A DNA stretch of 63,602 nt, counting the filler, from Octopus bimaculoides (taxonomy: Eukaryota), in assembly GCF_001194135.2 (NCBI RefSeq). It is 3 parts of 3 records of this genome, joined end to end, with 100 filler letters (N's around TTAATTAATTAA, not from the genome) between each part and the next. Parts side by side here need not be neighbours in the genome. Positions count along the whole stretch, not along the records: positions 1 to 31,724 come from NC_068989.1; positions 31,825 to 58,355 come from NC_068983.1; 1 more part is not named here. One strand, written 5' to 3'. Numbering within the stretch: position 1 is the stretch's first letter; every line of letters starts with the position of its first letter. Both the position numbers and the translations under genes were made by a program. Under the pieces are notes generated by a model. It did no database searches. It worked only from the letters and a program-made list of their open reading frames with translations, and had not been told where the DNA came from. Shown one piece after another: positions 24,076 through 35,753 of the stretch.

Positions 24076-24121
24076 AACACAACGTTTCGGCTGATATACC
24101 CTCCAGCCTTCGTCAGGTGTC
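24076..24121 (-). ncRNA. Minimal type-I hammerhead ribozyme motif
   Basis: GACAC-CUGACGA-A-GGCUG-loop-CAGCC-GAAA-CG-U-U-GUGUU: core, stem I, stem II and palindromic ACGU stem III. Confidence 0.7.
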
Positions 24122-24165
24122 TTGGGGAAATTTCGAACCTGGGTTCTCATTCCTATCGATGTTAC

Positions 24166-24206
<41 letters not shown>

Positions 24207-25095
24207 TATTATTATTATTAATCAGGTCGCTGCCGTGAATCGAACTCGGAATCTTGGGGTTAGTAGCGATCGTGATACCCACCACGAGGAAATGATCAAG
24301 CTCAGTAACAATCTATTAAGAAACAACTACCCCAAGAACATACTATCTACTCCAATTATGNNNNNNNNNNNNNNNNNNNNNNNNNNNNNNNNNNNNNNNN
24401 NNNNNNNNNNNNNNNNNNNNNNNNNNNNNNNNNNNNNNNNNNNNNNNNNNNNNNNNNNNNNNNNNNNNNNNNNNNNNNNNNNNNNNNNNNNNNNNNNNNN
24501 NNNNNNNNNNNNNNNNNNNNNNNNNNNNNNNNNNNNNNNNNNNNNNNNNNNNNNNNNNNNNNNNNNNNNNNNNNNNNNNNNNNNNNNNNNNNNNNNNNNN
24601 NNNNNNNNNNNNNNNNNNNNNNNNNNNNNNNNNNNNNNNNNNNNNNNNNNNNNNNNNNNNNNNNNNNNNNNNNNNNNNNNNNNNNNNNNNNNNNNNNNNN
24701 NNNNNNNNNNNNNNNNNNNNNNNNNNNNNNNNNNNNNNNNNNNNNNNNNNNNNNNNNNNNNNNNNNNNNNNNNNNNNNNNNNNNNNNNNNNNNNNNNNNN
24801 NNNNNNNNNNNNNNNNNNNNNNNNNNNNNNNNNNNNNNNNNNNNNNNNNNNNNNNNNNNNNNNNNNNNNNNNNNNNNNNNNNNNNNNNNNNNNNNNNNNN
24901 NNNNNNNNNNNNNNNNNNNNNNNNNNNNNNNNNNNNNNNNNNNNNNNNNNNNNNNNNNNNNNNNNNNNNNNNNNNNNNNNNNNNNNNNNNNNNNNNNNNN
25001 NNNNNNNNNNNTAATAATAATAATAATAATAATAATATAATAATAATAATAGTAACATCGATAGGAATGAGAACCCAGGTTCGAAATTTCCCCAA

Positions 25096-25141
25096 GACAC
25101 CTGACGAAGGCTGGTGGGTATATCAGCCGAAACGTTGTGTT
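25096..25141 (+). ncRNA. Minimal type-I hammerhead ribozyme motif
   Basis: GACAC CTGACGA A GGCTG GTGGGTATAT CAGCC GAAA CGT T GTGTT. Confidence 0.7.
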
Positions 25142-25351
25142 AACAACAAACAAGATGAGGACGAATATCCGTCAAATGTAGATAATGTAAATAATTCCTC
25201 ATCTCTTAAATATAGAACTGTATATCTATATATATTGTTGTATTTCGGGATGGTCATTATTATTTTTTTTTTTTTGCCAAATAAACAACACACGCACTAA
25301 ATATTCGTTCTTCACTCGTTTATTACTGTTCTTTTTTTAACTCGTGTCCAT

Positions 25352-25397
25352 TGTCCGCAAATCTTTCGTCCCACATTTGTGACCTCTTCAGCGACAC
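25352..25397 (-). ncRNA. Degenerate hammerhead-like motif of a second family
   Basis: GTGTCG CTGAAGA G GTCAC AAAT GTGGGAC GAAA GATTTG CGGACA; stems imperfect, cleavage site not canonical. Confidence 0.35.
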
Positions 25398-25430
25398 TTT
25401 CCGTCTTCGTGTGTGCTCCTGCTCCGCTTA

Positions 25431-25468
<38 letters not shown>

Positions 25469-25889
25469 GAGAGTTTTCATACACGTCGAGTACTGGTGTC
25501 ATTAGTTCTATGACGAAGAAAGCCGGCACTATATGCAAAAAGGTGTGTGCGTTTTAAGGGTTACTGAGGCGAAACTGTATTGAAAGATACATTGTTGAAC
25601 CTTGAAACCATTCTTCCAACAAAACATACTCACTCGTTTTAGTTCACTTGTTCTTTTCTAATTGATTGATTTGTCTGAGTCATTTGTCACAGTTCTTGTA
25701 ACTTTGTCAGTCGGTTACCCATGACTGTATTTTCTCTTCGTATGTGTGCTATATTTATATCTATTATATATGTGTTATATTGTATCTATTATAGCTATTA
25801 TATATGTGTTATGTGTTATATTTATATCTATTGTAGGCAGTGAGTGTAATTGTGTGTGTGTATATGTGTGTGTTTGCCCTGATCTTCTG

Positions 25890-25891
25890 GC

Positions 25892-25931
<40 letters not shown>

Positions 25932-26094
25932 CGAAGATGATGATGACGAAGATGATGATGACGAAGATGATGATGACGAAGATGATGATGACGAAGATGA
26001 TGATGATGATAATGAGGATGATGATGATGTGTGTGTGTGTAAGCGTTTATGATAGAGCTGTCTGGTGGTGAGCTTGTGTGTGTGTGCGTGTGTG

Positions 26095-26126
<32 letters not shown>

Positions 26127-26160
26127 CGTGTGTGTGTGCGTGTGTGTGTATGTACGTCCT
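25890..26160. repeat. (GAT)n with 15-bp higher-order unit GAAGATGATGATGAC, then (GT)n
   Basis: Direct inspection. Confidence 0.95.
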
Positions 26161-26530
26161 GGTATGATTTTAACTTCATCTTGTAGTGGGGCTCTGGTTC
26201 GGGAATTCCAAGGTTTTGAAGAGTGTGGAATCATCTCTTAGCCACTATTCTCAGGTGTACTCTGATCCGGAGTGGTAGCACTTGTCAGGCTCCCAGCTCT
26301 TTGTTAGCATATGAACTCGAGCACGCAGAAATATCCAGAAATATCCTTCGTAGGTGTCAGAGTGAGAGGACCCTGAGGTCCCCAACTGTTGACACAACAG
26401 CCATCTAGCAGAGAGACACTGGTATAAAACCTGCGGTTTCTCATGATTCCAGATAATCTTGCTTCAGCTTGTCACAAGGTACTAATGACGGAGACTCAGA
26501 GTGGTATAGGAATGCGTTAAATAGCTCAGC

Positions 26531-26563
26531 GGGCTGCGTGTTTGAATCACGTCGGGGTCACCA
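26531..26563 (-). other. tRNA-Trp primer-binding site
   Basis: Minus strand TGGTGACCCCGACGTGAT(TCAAACACGCAGCCC), complementary to the tRNA-Trp 3' end including CCA; abuts an LTR. Confidence 0.8.
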
Positions 26564-26566
26564 CTT

Positions 26567-26944
26567 TATAGGAAAGTGGGTTATACATCATTAGATGTAC
26601 ACCTGACTTTCCTATATTAAATTAGAAATGAACGGAACGCAGAACTCTAAACTGATCAACAACAACAATATTTATTTATGGTGGAAAATATACAACTTCC
26701 AATTGTCCGGTTTCTGAGTAGCCTGAATGTAGATGTACTGTCCCTAGAGATGAATCGTTGGAGAGACAACTTGCTTCTTCCACACTCAATGAGAGCTTGT
26801 TTTAGACCGTCTTGCTTGTTCGCTGTCTGGCGTGGTAAGAGACAGAATTAAGCGGGAACACTTGGACGTTGAAATCCACGCATGTGTGGTTAAAGATGGA
26901 GTAATGGCGACTATGCCTTTTTGGCGCCATATGACGTCACTACA
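26567..26944 (-). mobile_element. LTR (Gypsy-like), ~378 bp; internal region absent
   Basis: Minus strand starts TGTAGTGACG and ends ...CTATA (mutated CTACA), contains AATAAA, followed by the PBS. Confidence 0.7.
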
Positions 26945-27100
26945 GTGGTATTCGTGTTATACAAACGTTTATCACTATAATTCAATAATGCTCAGATGTC
27001 TTTTTATAGTGACCTCATTTGTTACCCACATCTACTGAAAGTCCTATGGTGATAGCAAAATGGTGACATGTGCAGATCTAACTAGTTAGATGTACACAGC

Positions 27101-27550
27101 ACTACCTCCTCCAGGCATTTGATGTAGGCCTCCGTGGATGAAGAGGGTGGCTGTTGGAAGACTTTGAGTCTGGCAACAGGACTCTGCAGTATGCCACACT
27201 AGCGGGGGAAACCAATCATGTATGTCAGACAATTTCTGCGACCACATCACCCCTAACATCTGGCCACGTAACTCCCCAGACTGCATCCCCCTTGATTATT
27301 GTGTGGGGCGCAGTTGAGCGAGAAACCAACACAACCCCTTGTAACACCAAAGATGAACTGAAGGCAAGAATTATGGCAGTATTCACCAACTTAAACAAGG
27401 AGACCTTCCAGAAGAGTTGCAGGAGATTCCAAAGTCGTTTGGCGGCCGTGGTTGAAGCCAGTGGCGATTTTATTGAACAAGTTCATTCTTTAGTATTACA
27501 AGATATTTTAATGTAATTTTGGTAAATATATGTAAAAAATGAGATGTCAA
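27101..27550 (+). mobile_element. maT/Tc1-like transposase 3' fragment
   Basis: WQQDSA...DNFCDHITPNIWPRNSPDC.PLDY.VWGAVERETN..PCNTKDELKARIMAVF...VVEASGDFIE. Confidence 0.88.
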
Positions 27551-28247
27551 TNNNNNNNNNNNNNNNNNNNNNNNNNNNNNNNNNNNNNNNNNNNNNNNNN
27601 NNNNNNNNNNNNNNNNNNNNNNNNNNNNNNNNNNNNNNNNNNNNNNNNNNNNNNNNNNNNNNNNNNNNNNNNNNNNNNNNNNNNNNNNNNNNNNNNNNNN
27701 NNNNNNNNNNNNNNNNNNNNNNNNNNNNNNNNNNNNNNNNNNNNNNNNNNNNNNNNNNNNNNNNNNNNNNNNNNNNNNNNNNNNNNNNNNNNNNNNNNNN
27801 NNNNNNNNNNNNNNNNNNNNNNNNNNNNNNNNNNNNNNNNNNNNNNNNNNNNNNNNNNNNNNNNNNNNNNNNNNNNNNNNNNNNNNNNNNNNNNNNNNNN
27901 NNNNNNNNNNNNNNNNNNNNNNNNNNNNNNNNNNNNNNNNNNNNNNNNNNNNNNNNNNNNNNNNNNNNNNNNNNNNNNNNNNNNNNNNNNNNNNNNNNNN
28001 NNNNNNNNNNNNNNNNNNNNNNNNNNNNNNNNNNNNNNNNNNNNNNNNNNNNNNNNNNNNNNNNNNNNNNNNNNNNNNNNNNNNNNNNNNNNNNNNNNNN
28101 NNNNNNNNNNNNNNNNNNNNNNNNNNNNNNNNNNNNNNNNNNNNNNNNNNNNNNNNNNNNNNNNNNNNNNNNNNNNNNNNNNNNNNNNNNNNNNNNNNNN
28201 NNNNNNNNNNNNNNNNNNNNNNNNNNNNNNNNNNNNNNNNNNNNNNN

Positions 28248-28302
<55 letters not shown>

Positions 28303-28907
28303 TATGCGCACGTCCACACACAAGATATATTACATAACAAAAAATGAGACATGTACGCATATTTTCGGGAGGCTAAAGTTTGTGTGCAGGTTTATAAAAT
28401 GAGTGTGAGAAAATATTATGAGAGGGAAGGAGAGAATGTAAGAAAGGGAAAGAGGGAAAGAAAAAGAATGAGGATAGATAAAAAAATTAAGGGTGGGAGA
28501 GGAAGAGAGAGATGGTATAAGTAATAATAGCAACGATAACATTGATTACTGGCCTCCAACTGGTGTGATAGGTTCTAAGCAATCATTTGATGAATTAAAT
28601 TTAGCTTAATTGCTTGTTCATTTAAATCGGTCAGTGGGTGTTAGGTGAGAGGAGGTATCGCTTAAAACATGGTCGAAATTAATGTAAATATTGTGCATTG
28701 ACAAAGCAATTTATAAATAGATGTTTCGTCTAACATTCAGATGTGCTCAACTTATTGAAATATTAGATTAACTCCAGTATTTGATGACTGCATAATTTTA
28801 TTGAATTCAATTGAACGAACGTCCTTTGGAATTATGAAAATGTAATTAGAATATTGAACCTTGTGCTATATCACTAACTGAAAAAACTAAAGAGTTAAAT
28901 TTTTCTC

Positions 28908-29112
28908 GAAGGTCACTATGTTTTATTGTTTTCGCTACACACTGCAATCATTTTGCAGGTCTATTATTTTATCAATCTGTTCAAATTTCATACCGAGATA
29001 CTGTTTTGCATGAAGGTCACTGAACTTTGCTTTGTATTATGTTTTCGTTTTACAATATCATCATTTTGCAAGTCTTATTATTTATCAATCTGAACAGATT
29101 CATACCGAGATT
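28908..29112. repeat. Diverged ~105-bp tandem duplication
   Basis: GAAGGTCACT...ATCATTTTGCA...TTATCAATCTG...CATACCGAGAT repeated twice. Confidence 0.75.
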
Positions 29113-29567
29113 TCTTTCATTTTCGCATTTGAAAAGAATTTGTTGGTTAATCTGAATGGAAATGGTTTCGTTATTTTAAATTTGTAACTCTTTGTAACTT
29201 ACTCAGATTACCCTGCAGGTTGGAAAGTTGTTCAATTACAATTTAAAGAACATCATATTAAAACTCACATTTAGTAAGATGTGTGAACAGAGACAGTTAT
29301 TCCTCGCAGATTTATTTTGATTTTGTTTTTCTTCAATAAGCAAATATTTATTAAAAAAAATTATGAAAAATTTAGTTTACTTCATTTTTATACGCTTCAT
29401 CTGATAATATGACTGTTGCTAAGTCTATTGCTGCTATTATCTGCATTTTCTTTTGCGATCGATGTGATTCTTCCATGTTTCAGAATGCGCACGCGCTCGC
29501 ACACACACACGTACACACACTTACGCATACACTTACGGGTGTATGTGTTTGTGTGTGTGTGTGTGTA

Positions 29568-29598
<31 letters not shown>

Positions 29599-29752
29599 GC
29601 TGTGGGCGGGTAGAACATATGTCACCAACAACAAATCGATTAAGTCCTTTCGAATATACTTCATAGCAAGCATAGAATCAGGCTGTTCCTCCTTTCTCTC
29701 TCTCTCTCTTTCTCTCACACACACACACGCACGCACTCACACACACACACAC

Positions 29753-29788
<36 letters not shown>

Positions 29789-30799
29789 ATAAACACAAGT
29801 GCATACATCCCTACAGTAACTGATATACATATATAAACAAATACATTTTTAAAAAAAAAAAAGAAAAGAAAAGAAAAATCAGTGTTAGATCCTCGCCTGA
29901 AATTGAACCCCTACATTTCCTGCTGACATTTCAATTTCCTGCGAAATTGTATGTCTTTACTAATGTAGTTTATTTGCTGATATTAATTTCTTCTGGCAAG
30001 TCGGTTAAAACAAATCCAATAAATGACAGCTATTTATTCTATAAACTACATATTAATAAAAGCACAACATTACCCGTGAGAGTTACCTTTCTGCCTGAAT
30101 GCTGTAATGTACTACAGAACATATCAATAAATTTATTAGTCAACCCACTATAATGTTCTTTGGTACATTATAGTAATAAAGCTAAACAGTGTTAACACAC
30201 CAGTAATTTAATATACTGATTATGTTATTTCTCGTTAGATTTAATATTGTCATTCTACCCAAATTTTCAAATGATCGGTACAAGTTCACATTATATACTG
30301 CAAATTTAATCGACCGATATGTTCAATTTTGCTTGATTTTTCTGATTTTATATAAAATCTCACTTAAAATTCTTATATTGGTTCTCTAGATTATTGATGT
30401 ATTGAATTTTCTTTTTTGTTTTTTGTTTGTTTTTTTTTTGCGATCTGCAACCTGAATTAAATAATGGAAATTCATTTGGGAATATTTCCTTAGTTAAACT
30501 AGTTGTTAAAGATTAATGAGCTTAAGCCGTTACAGATGTTATCTGGACGCAGGCATAGTTTTGTTTAGAAGTTCGCTTCACAACTACATACGCGACATCT
30601 AACGAAAGAGTCTTCTACCATTGACTCGAGTAAACTTTGGTACACGAACATTCTTTAACAACTAGTTGGATTATTCCCGTATTGGAGGTAACTCTAGTTG
30701 GCCATGATGGAAGAGACAAACGTCTTCTAGTTCCAGAGTTTGATACTCTGAAAAGCAGGTTCGTATTCCATTGGCAATAAGGGCTACCCATTTTTTAAA

Positions 30800-31020
30800 A
30801 AGACGGCGAGCTGGCAGAATCGTTAGCAAGCCGGGCGAAATGCTTAACGGTATTTCGTTTGTCTTTACGCTCTGAGTTCAAATTCCGCTGAGGTCGACTT
30901 TGCCTTTCATCCTTTCGGGGTCGATAAATTAAGTACCAGTTGCGTACTGGAGTCGATCTAATCGACTGGCACCCTCCCTTCAAAAAATTTCGGGCCTTGT
31001 GCCTAGAGTAGAAAAGATTA
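30800..31020 (+). mobile_element. Full-length SINE family B
   Basis: High identity to 15975-16230 and to the reverse complement of 1772-1977. Confidence 0.92.
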
Positions 31021-32624
31021 TTCCCGTATTGGGTGCTAGACTTAATCCACTGTTCGGTTCAAGACCGCAATCATCCTTAACGGAGTTCACACAATCGCAA
31101 GCTTTCAAGTTATGCCCCCAGTTTGAGGGTAGCTTCCGTTTACCCCAGTAGTTTCGGAGACCCGGTAAACAGTCATAGTCGCTGCCTTAATCGTGGGAAA
31201 AAAATAATAAAATCTACGACTCCGCCGGATGAAAAGAAAACTAATTTACATACCTTCTTCGCTCCGGACTCGATAAACTGAGTTATACTGACACCTGTTC
31301 AATCAATTACACCTCTCTCACACCAACGAAGGAGCCTCGCTCTAAGCATAGCAGCCGAATTCCTTCAAAACACACTGTAACATTAAAAAAAGAATATATA
31401 TTAAGCAATATGGGCTGTAGACACCCATATAATGCCTTTCATCATAGGACGGCTTTTTATCAGGACTGAATCAAAACTAGACAACAGCAACAACAACGAT
31501 AACAAAATGGTGTACTCAAACCATTTCATTTTCAAAATCTTTACATGACATTTCTGAAACATAACCAAAACATTTAGAACAAAGCTGAAACTGCGAGATA
31601 ACGTTATTATATTTCTTCCTGTTATCACTACTCCATACATAATTCATTTAAAATACACCCAACTCTTCACACAAAAAAAAACCAGAACAACAATCCCCAC
31701 CCAACTCCCACCCCTACCCCCCAANNNNNNNNNNNNNNNNNNNNNNNNNNNNNNNNNNNNNNNNNNNNTTAATTAATTAANNNNNNNNNNNNNNNNNNNN
31801 NNNNNNNNNNNNNNNNNNNNNNNNTATATGTATATATATACACGTGTGCGTGTCTGTGTTTCGTCAAACAATGGAAATGCTCCTGTTACTTTGATATGCA
31901 TCAGGAATTTCATTGTATCAGTAATGTTTATAGAAGTTGATACATGATAGAAAATGTGATTAACAGCATTCTTTACTCAAAATCCCTACAATTGTTTCGA
32001 CATGTTATGCTATATTGTGTAATACTTCTCATACATCCAAGCTAAAAAATGCAGCTCTTCAGGTGATAGCCTAAAGAAGCCCGTCGTTAGACGGTCAAGT
32101 TATTTCATTCAATATGATAATGCCTACCGAAAGTGATGTTTCATTTCCAGCAGTTTATAGACAAAACTAATACCAGAGATATTGTGACAGACAAAATACA
32201 AACATAATCAAAATACATAATGCATGAATATACAAAAGAAAAAAATAAAAGTGTCCAGTTTACTATACGTTATCATTCTATGTTAATGGTCAGATTATAA
32301 GGGATGCTGTTTTAAACAGATTGAAGAATATTTAGTTGATAGACACTAAAATAACTTCGAAGGTTTTATAATAGCGCTAATAGAATACGTTGTAACGCAA
32401 TAATTATAAATCCATGTAAATGTGAATAATGGACAACGTTCAGAAGGCATATTCAGGCTCCTTTTTCCTAAGGTCACAAATTCAAATGAGTAGTATGCAG
32501 TATATTAAAAATATAGCAGTTGTAGTTACTTCATAATATAAAAATATGGAACATGATAAATGCTCGAACAGTTTAATAATCTCGTATTAAATTGAACAAA
32601 CTGACCAGATTCAATACGTCTTAC

Positions 32625-32741
32625 TTCCTGTCTCTTGGTGACAGGTAGTAGTGTGTATCTATGCACGAGGCAAAGCGGTTGGCTACTCTAACCAAATCGT
32701 ACAAAGGCAGATAACAATTCCGCCAAAGGGAAATAGTGCTC
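32625..32741 (-). CDS. Candidate internal exon (117 nt, phase 2-2) STISLWRNCYLPLYDLVRVANRFASCIDTHYYLSPRDR
   Basis: Acceptor CTTTATTTTATTTATAG, donor GAA|GTAAGA, one open frame, GC above background; no homology recognised. Confidence 0.25.
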
Positions 32742-33544
32742 CTATAAATAAAATAAAGCATTTAGTGATCGTAAAGTTATAAGGAAGATACGAACTGACC
32801 ATTTCAGTACTTATCAACTTTCTTCTGTTTTTTTTTTGTCAAGGCCTCACGGAACAAAACAACTGTCCCCAGTCTAGACACGAACACGCCTCTATTTAAA
32901 TTTAATTCACTAACCGCCAGTCTGTATATGTTTTGAACCAATAACAAAAATAGGACAAAGAAAAAATAGAATAAAAACATTAGTAGGCATCTTGTTTTAT
33001 ANNNNNNNNNNNNNNNNNNNNNNNNNNNNNNNNNNNNNNNNNNNNNNNNNNNNNNNNNNNNNNNNNNNNNNNNNNNNNNNNNNNNNNNNNNNNNNNNNNN
33101 NNNNNNNNNNNNNNNNNNNATATATATATATATAAATATATATATATATGTGCATGTGTGTGTGTGTGTGTGTGTATATACATACACACACATATATATG
33201 CATATATACAAATATATATAGTATATATATACACGCATACACACACATATATATAATATACATATACATTCCCATATACACATATAACCCATATATGCCT
33301 TCTAATAATATTCACACCGTTTTTACTGCTTAAATCTATATATGTTTGGTTGAAATTCTAACTCACATACAATGTAGCGTGTATATTCTTTTTATGTAGT
33401 CACATATGTATCTATACACATATGTGTGCTAATACCAACACACACACATGTTTTCATTCATGCATGACCACATAAATCCCTCCCATATACATTGCAACAC
33501 CCATAAAACCAGGAGAGAAATAGTAGGATAAAGTATAACGAAAG

Positions 33545-33590
<46 letters not shown>

Positions 33591-34700
33591 TTATATATTT
33601 TCATATTCATACTGAGTTTTTCTATAGACAGACATAAATGAATGTAAAATAAAGAATACAAAAATAGATGCGTATATCTATTTCCAAATGCAGGCATGTA
33701 CACCTCTTATAGCCATTCAAAACAGAAAAATAGAATTCAACATGATACAGTTAAATAGAATAAAATATACTATAATTTGCAGATATATGATTAAAATAGT
33801 ATATAACCCTATACATTTACTTATATAAACACACACACACACACATNNNNNNNNNNNNNNNNNNNNNNNNNNNNNNNNNNNNNNNNNNNNNNNNNNNNNN
33901 NNNNNNNNNNNNNNNNNNNNNNNNNNNNNNNNNNNNNNNNNNNNNNNNNNNNNNNNNNNNNNNNNNNNNNNNNNNNNNNNNNNNNNNNNNNNNNNNNNNN
34001 NNNNNNNNNNNNNNNNNNNNNNNNNNNNNNNNNNNNNNNNNNNNNNNNNNNNNNNNNNNNNNNNNNNNNNNNNNNNNNNNNNNNNNNNNNNNNNNNNNNN
34101 NNNNNNNNNNNNNNNNNNAAATAGTATATAACCCTATACATTTACTTATATAAACACACACACACACACATGTATAATGATAATAATAATAAACAAAGCA
34201 CATATTTTTGTGAGCTACCAAACTTCGTGCAATGACAATGCCTCAGATAACATTTTATAACACGCAAGGTGCCTTCATGCCAGCGCAAGGCTCTGCCCAC
34301 GTGGCATAGCAAGGTAAAACAAGACGATAGAAGACGAGAACGTACGGGAAAGGGCAAGATGAAAGTAGATGAAAAAGGTGGAAGTTTCACAACGCCAGGA
34401 AACGAAAATGAAAAGCGGGATAGAGTTGTGTCTCCTTTGACAGAAAAGTCGTAATACTAAATAGATAAAGGTCTAGAGTCAGTGGTACAACTGCTCATCA
34501 AGAGAAGGTGGTATTTTCCAATTCCCCAACAAGAACTTATCTATATGCATACATCTGCTGAATGTTTTTGATCTGGAATTCGGTAGTGTTGTGGAATTCT
34601 TAGATCTGGTACAGAAAAATATTCACAGGCGTTCAGTGAAATTATCATTTAGCTGCTGCTCTAATACGAACAGGCAAACATCACCAAGAGGCTACTCCCA

Positions 34701-34766
34701 GTTGTCACAATACAATGTCTGCAAGTTGATGAATACCACCTATTCTCCTCCATTTTCTTATTGCTA
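34701..34766. mobile_element. Single arm of the palindromic MITE seen at 47617-47824
   Basis: CACAATACAATGTCTGCAAGTTGATGAATACCACCTATT shared. Confidence 0.8.
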
Positions 34767-35079
34767 TATATATATATATAGATGGAGATGATTAAAACCG
34801 TCAGAAATTAGAGGAGCGCTAGGTAATAGTATAATTGAAAACAAGAGTGACATCCTATTTTGTGAAGGTAACTTCAAAAATCGCATTTGGCGAAATTTGG
34901 ACATACGACAGCTTAACATATTAGCAACGATATATATATATATATGCATATATATAGTTGAAAATAAATTAGATATCTCTACAAATCAAATTTTTATATG
35001 TAAAAGATGGAGGTGGAAACAGCGCAGTAGGAAATATAAGACCTTCCAATTTAGACCTTTCTAAATTGGAAGGTCTTAG

Positions 35080-35166
<87 letters not shown>

Positions 35167-35177
35167 CGTGTGTGTGT

Positions 35178-35216
<39 letters not shown>

Positions 35217-35661
35217 CAAACAAACACCTATGTATATATATATAAATATGTATGTATGCATGCATCTAAAAACTGCTTAGTCCTTACTGGAAGAGCTTTT
35301 GTCTACTGGTCAGAGATAGCCTATGGAACACCTGAATGAGATTTTCTAGAGCAAGGAGGCCTGTTAGAAATAGCCAACAATGTTCCTTAAACGATACACC
35401 GTGATACCAGACATCAAATCCAAATTTTTGTAGGTTGCATAAGCTTAAATATATTTAGATGCACAAATCTTACACACACACACACACACACGTGCACAGT
35501 CACACACACCTCACATGCTTACATACATATATACATGCACATACACAAACATATATGTACATATAGATGTATGTCTACGTATATATATTTATAAATATGT
35601 ATGTTTATACATATATGTATATATATATTTGTTTTGACGTGTGCATACATGCATATGTATA

Positions 35662-35753
<92 letters not shown>

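Larger units (their letters stand above)
24028..25217 (+). mobile_element. 5'-truncated Penelope-like element with inverted 5' terminal repeat
   Basis: 24028-24267 is the reverse complement of the 25012-25190 end plus a tRNA-like B-box half; 24268-24360 encodes DRDTHHEEMIKLSNNLLRNNYPKNIL (PLE RT C-terminal region-like); gap 24361-25011. Confidence 0.8.

Noticed and set aside
31769-31780. TTAATTAATTAA island between N runs (also 58400-58411)
   Set aside because: Identical six-frame-stop spacer inside gaps; most likely a scaffolding artefact
33794-34171. ~53-bp direct repeat on both sides of a gap
   Set aside because: Likely contig-end overlap at a (CA)n tract
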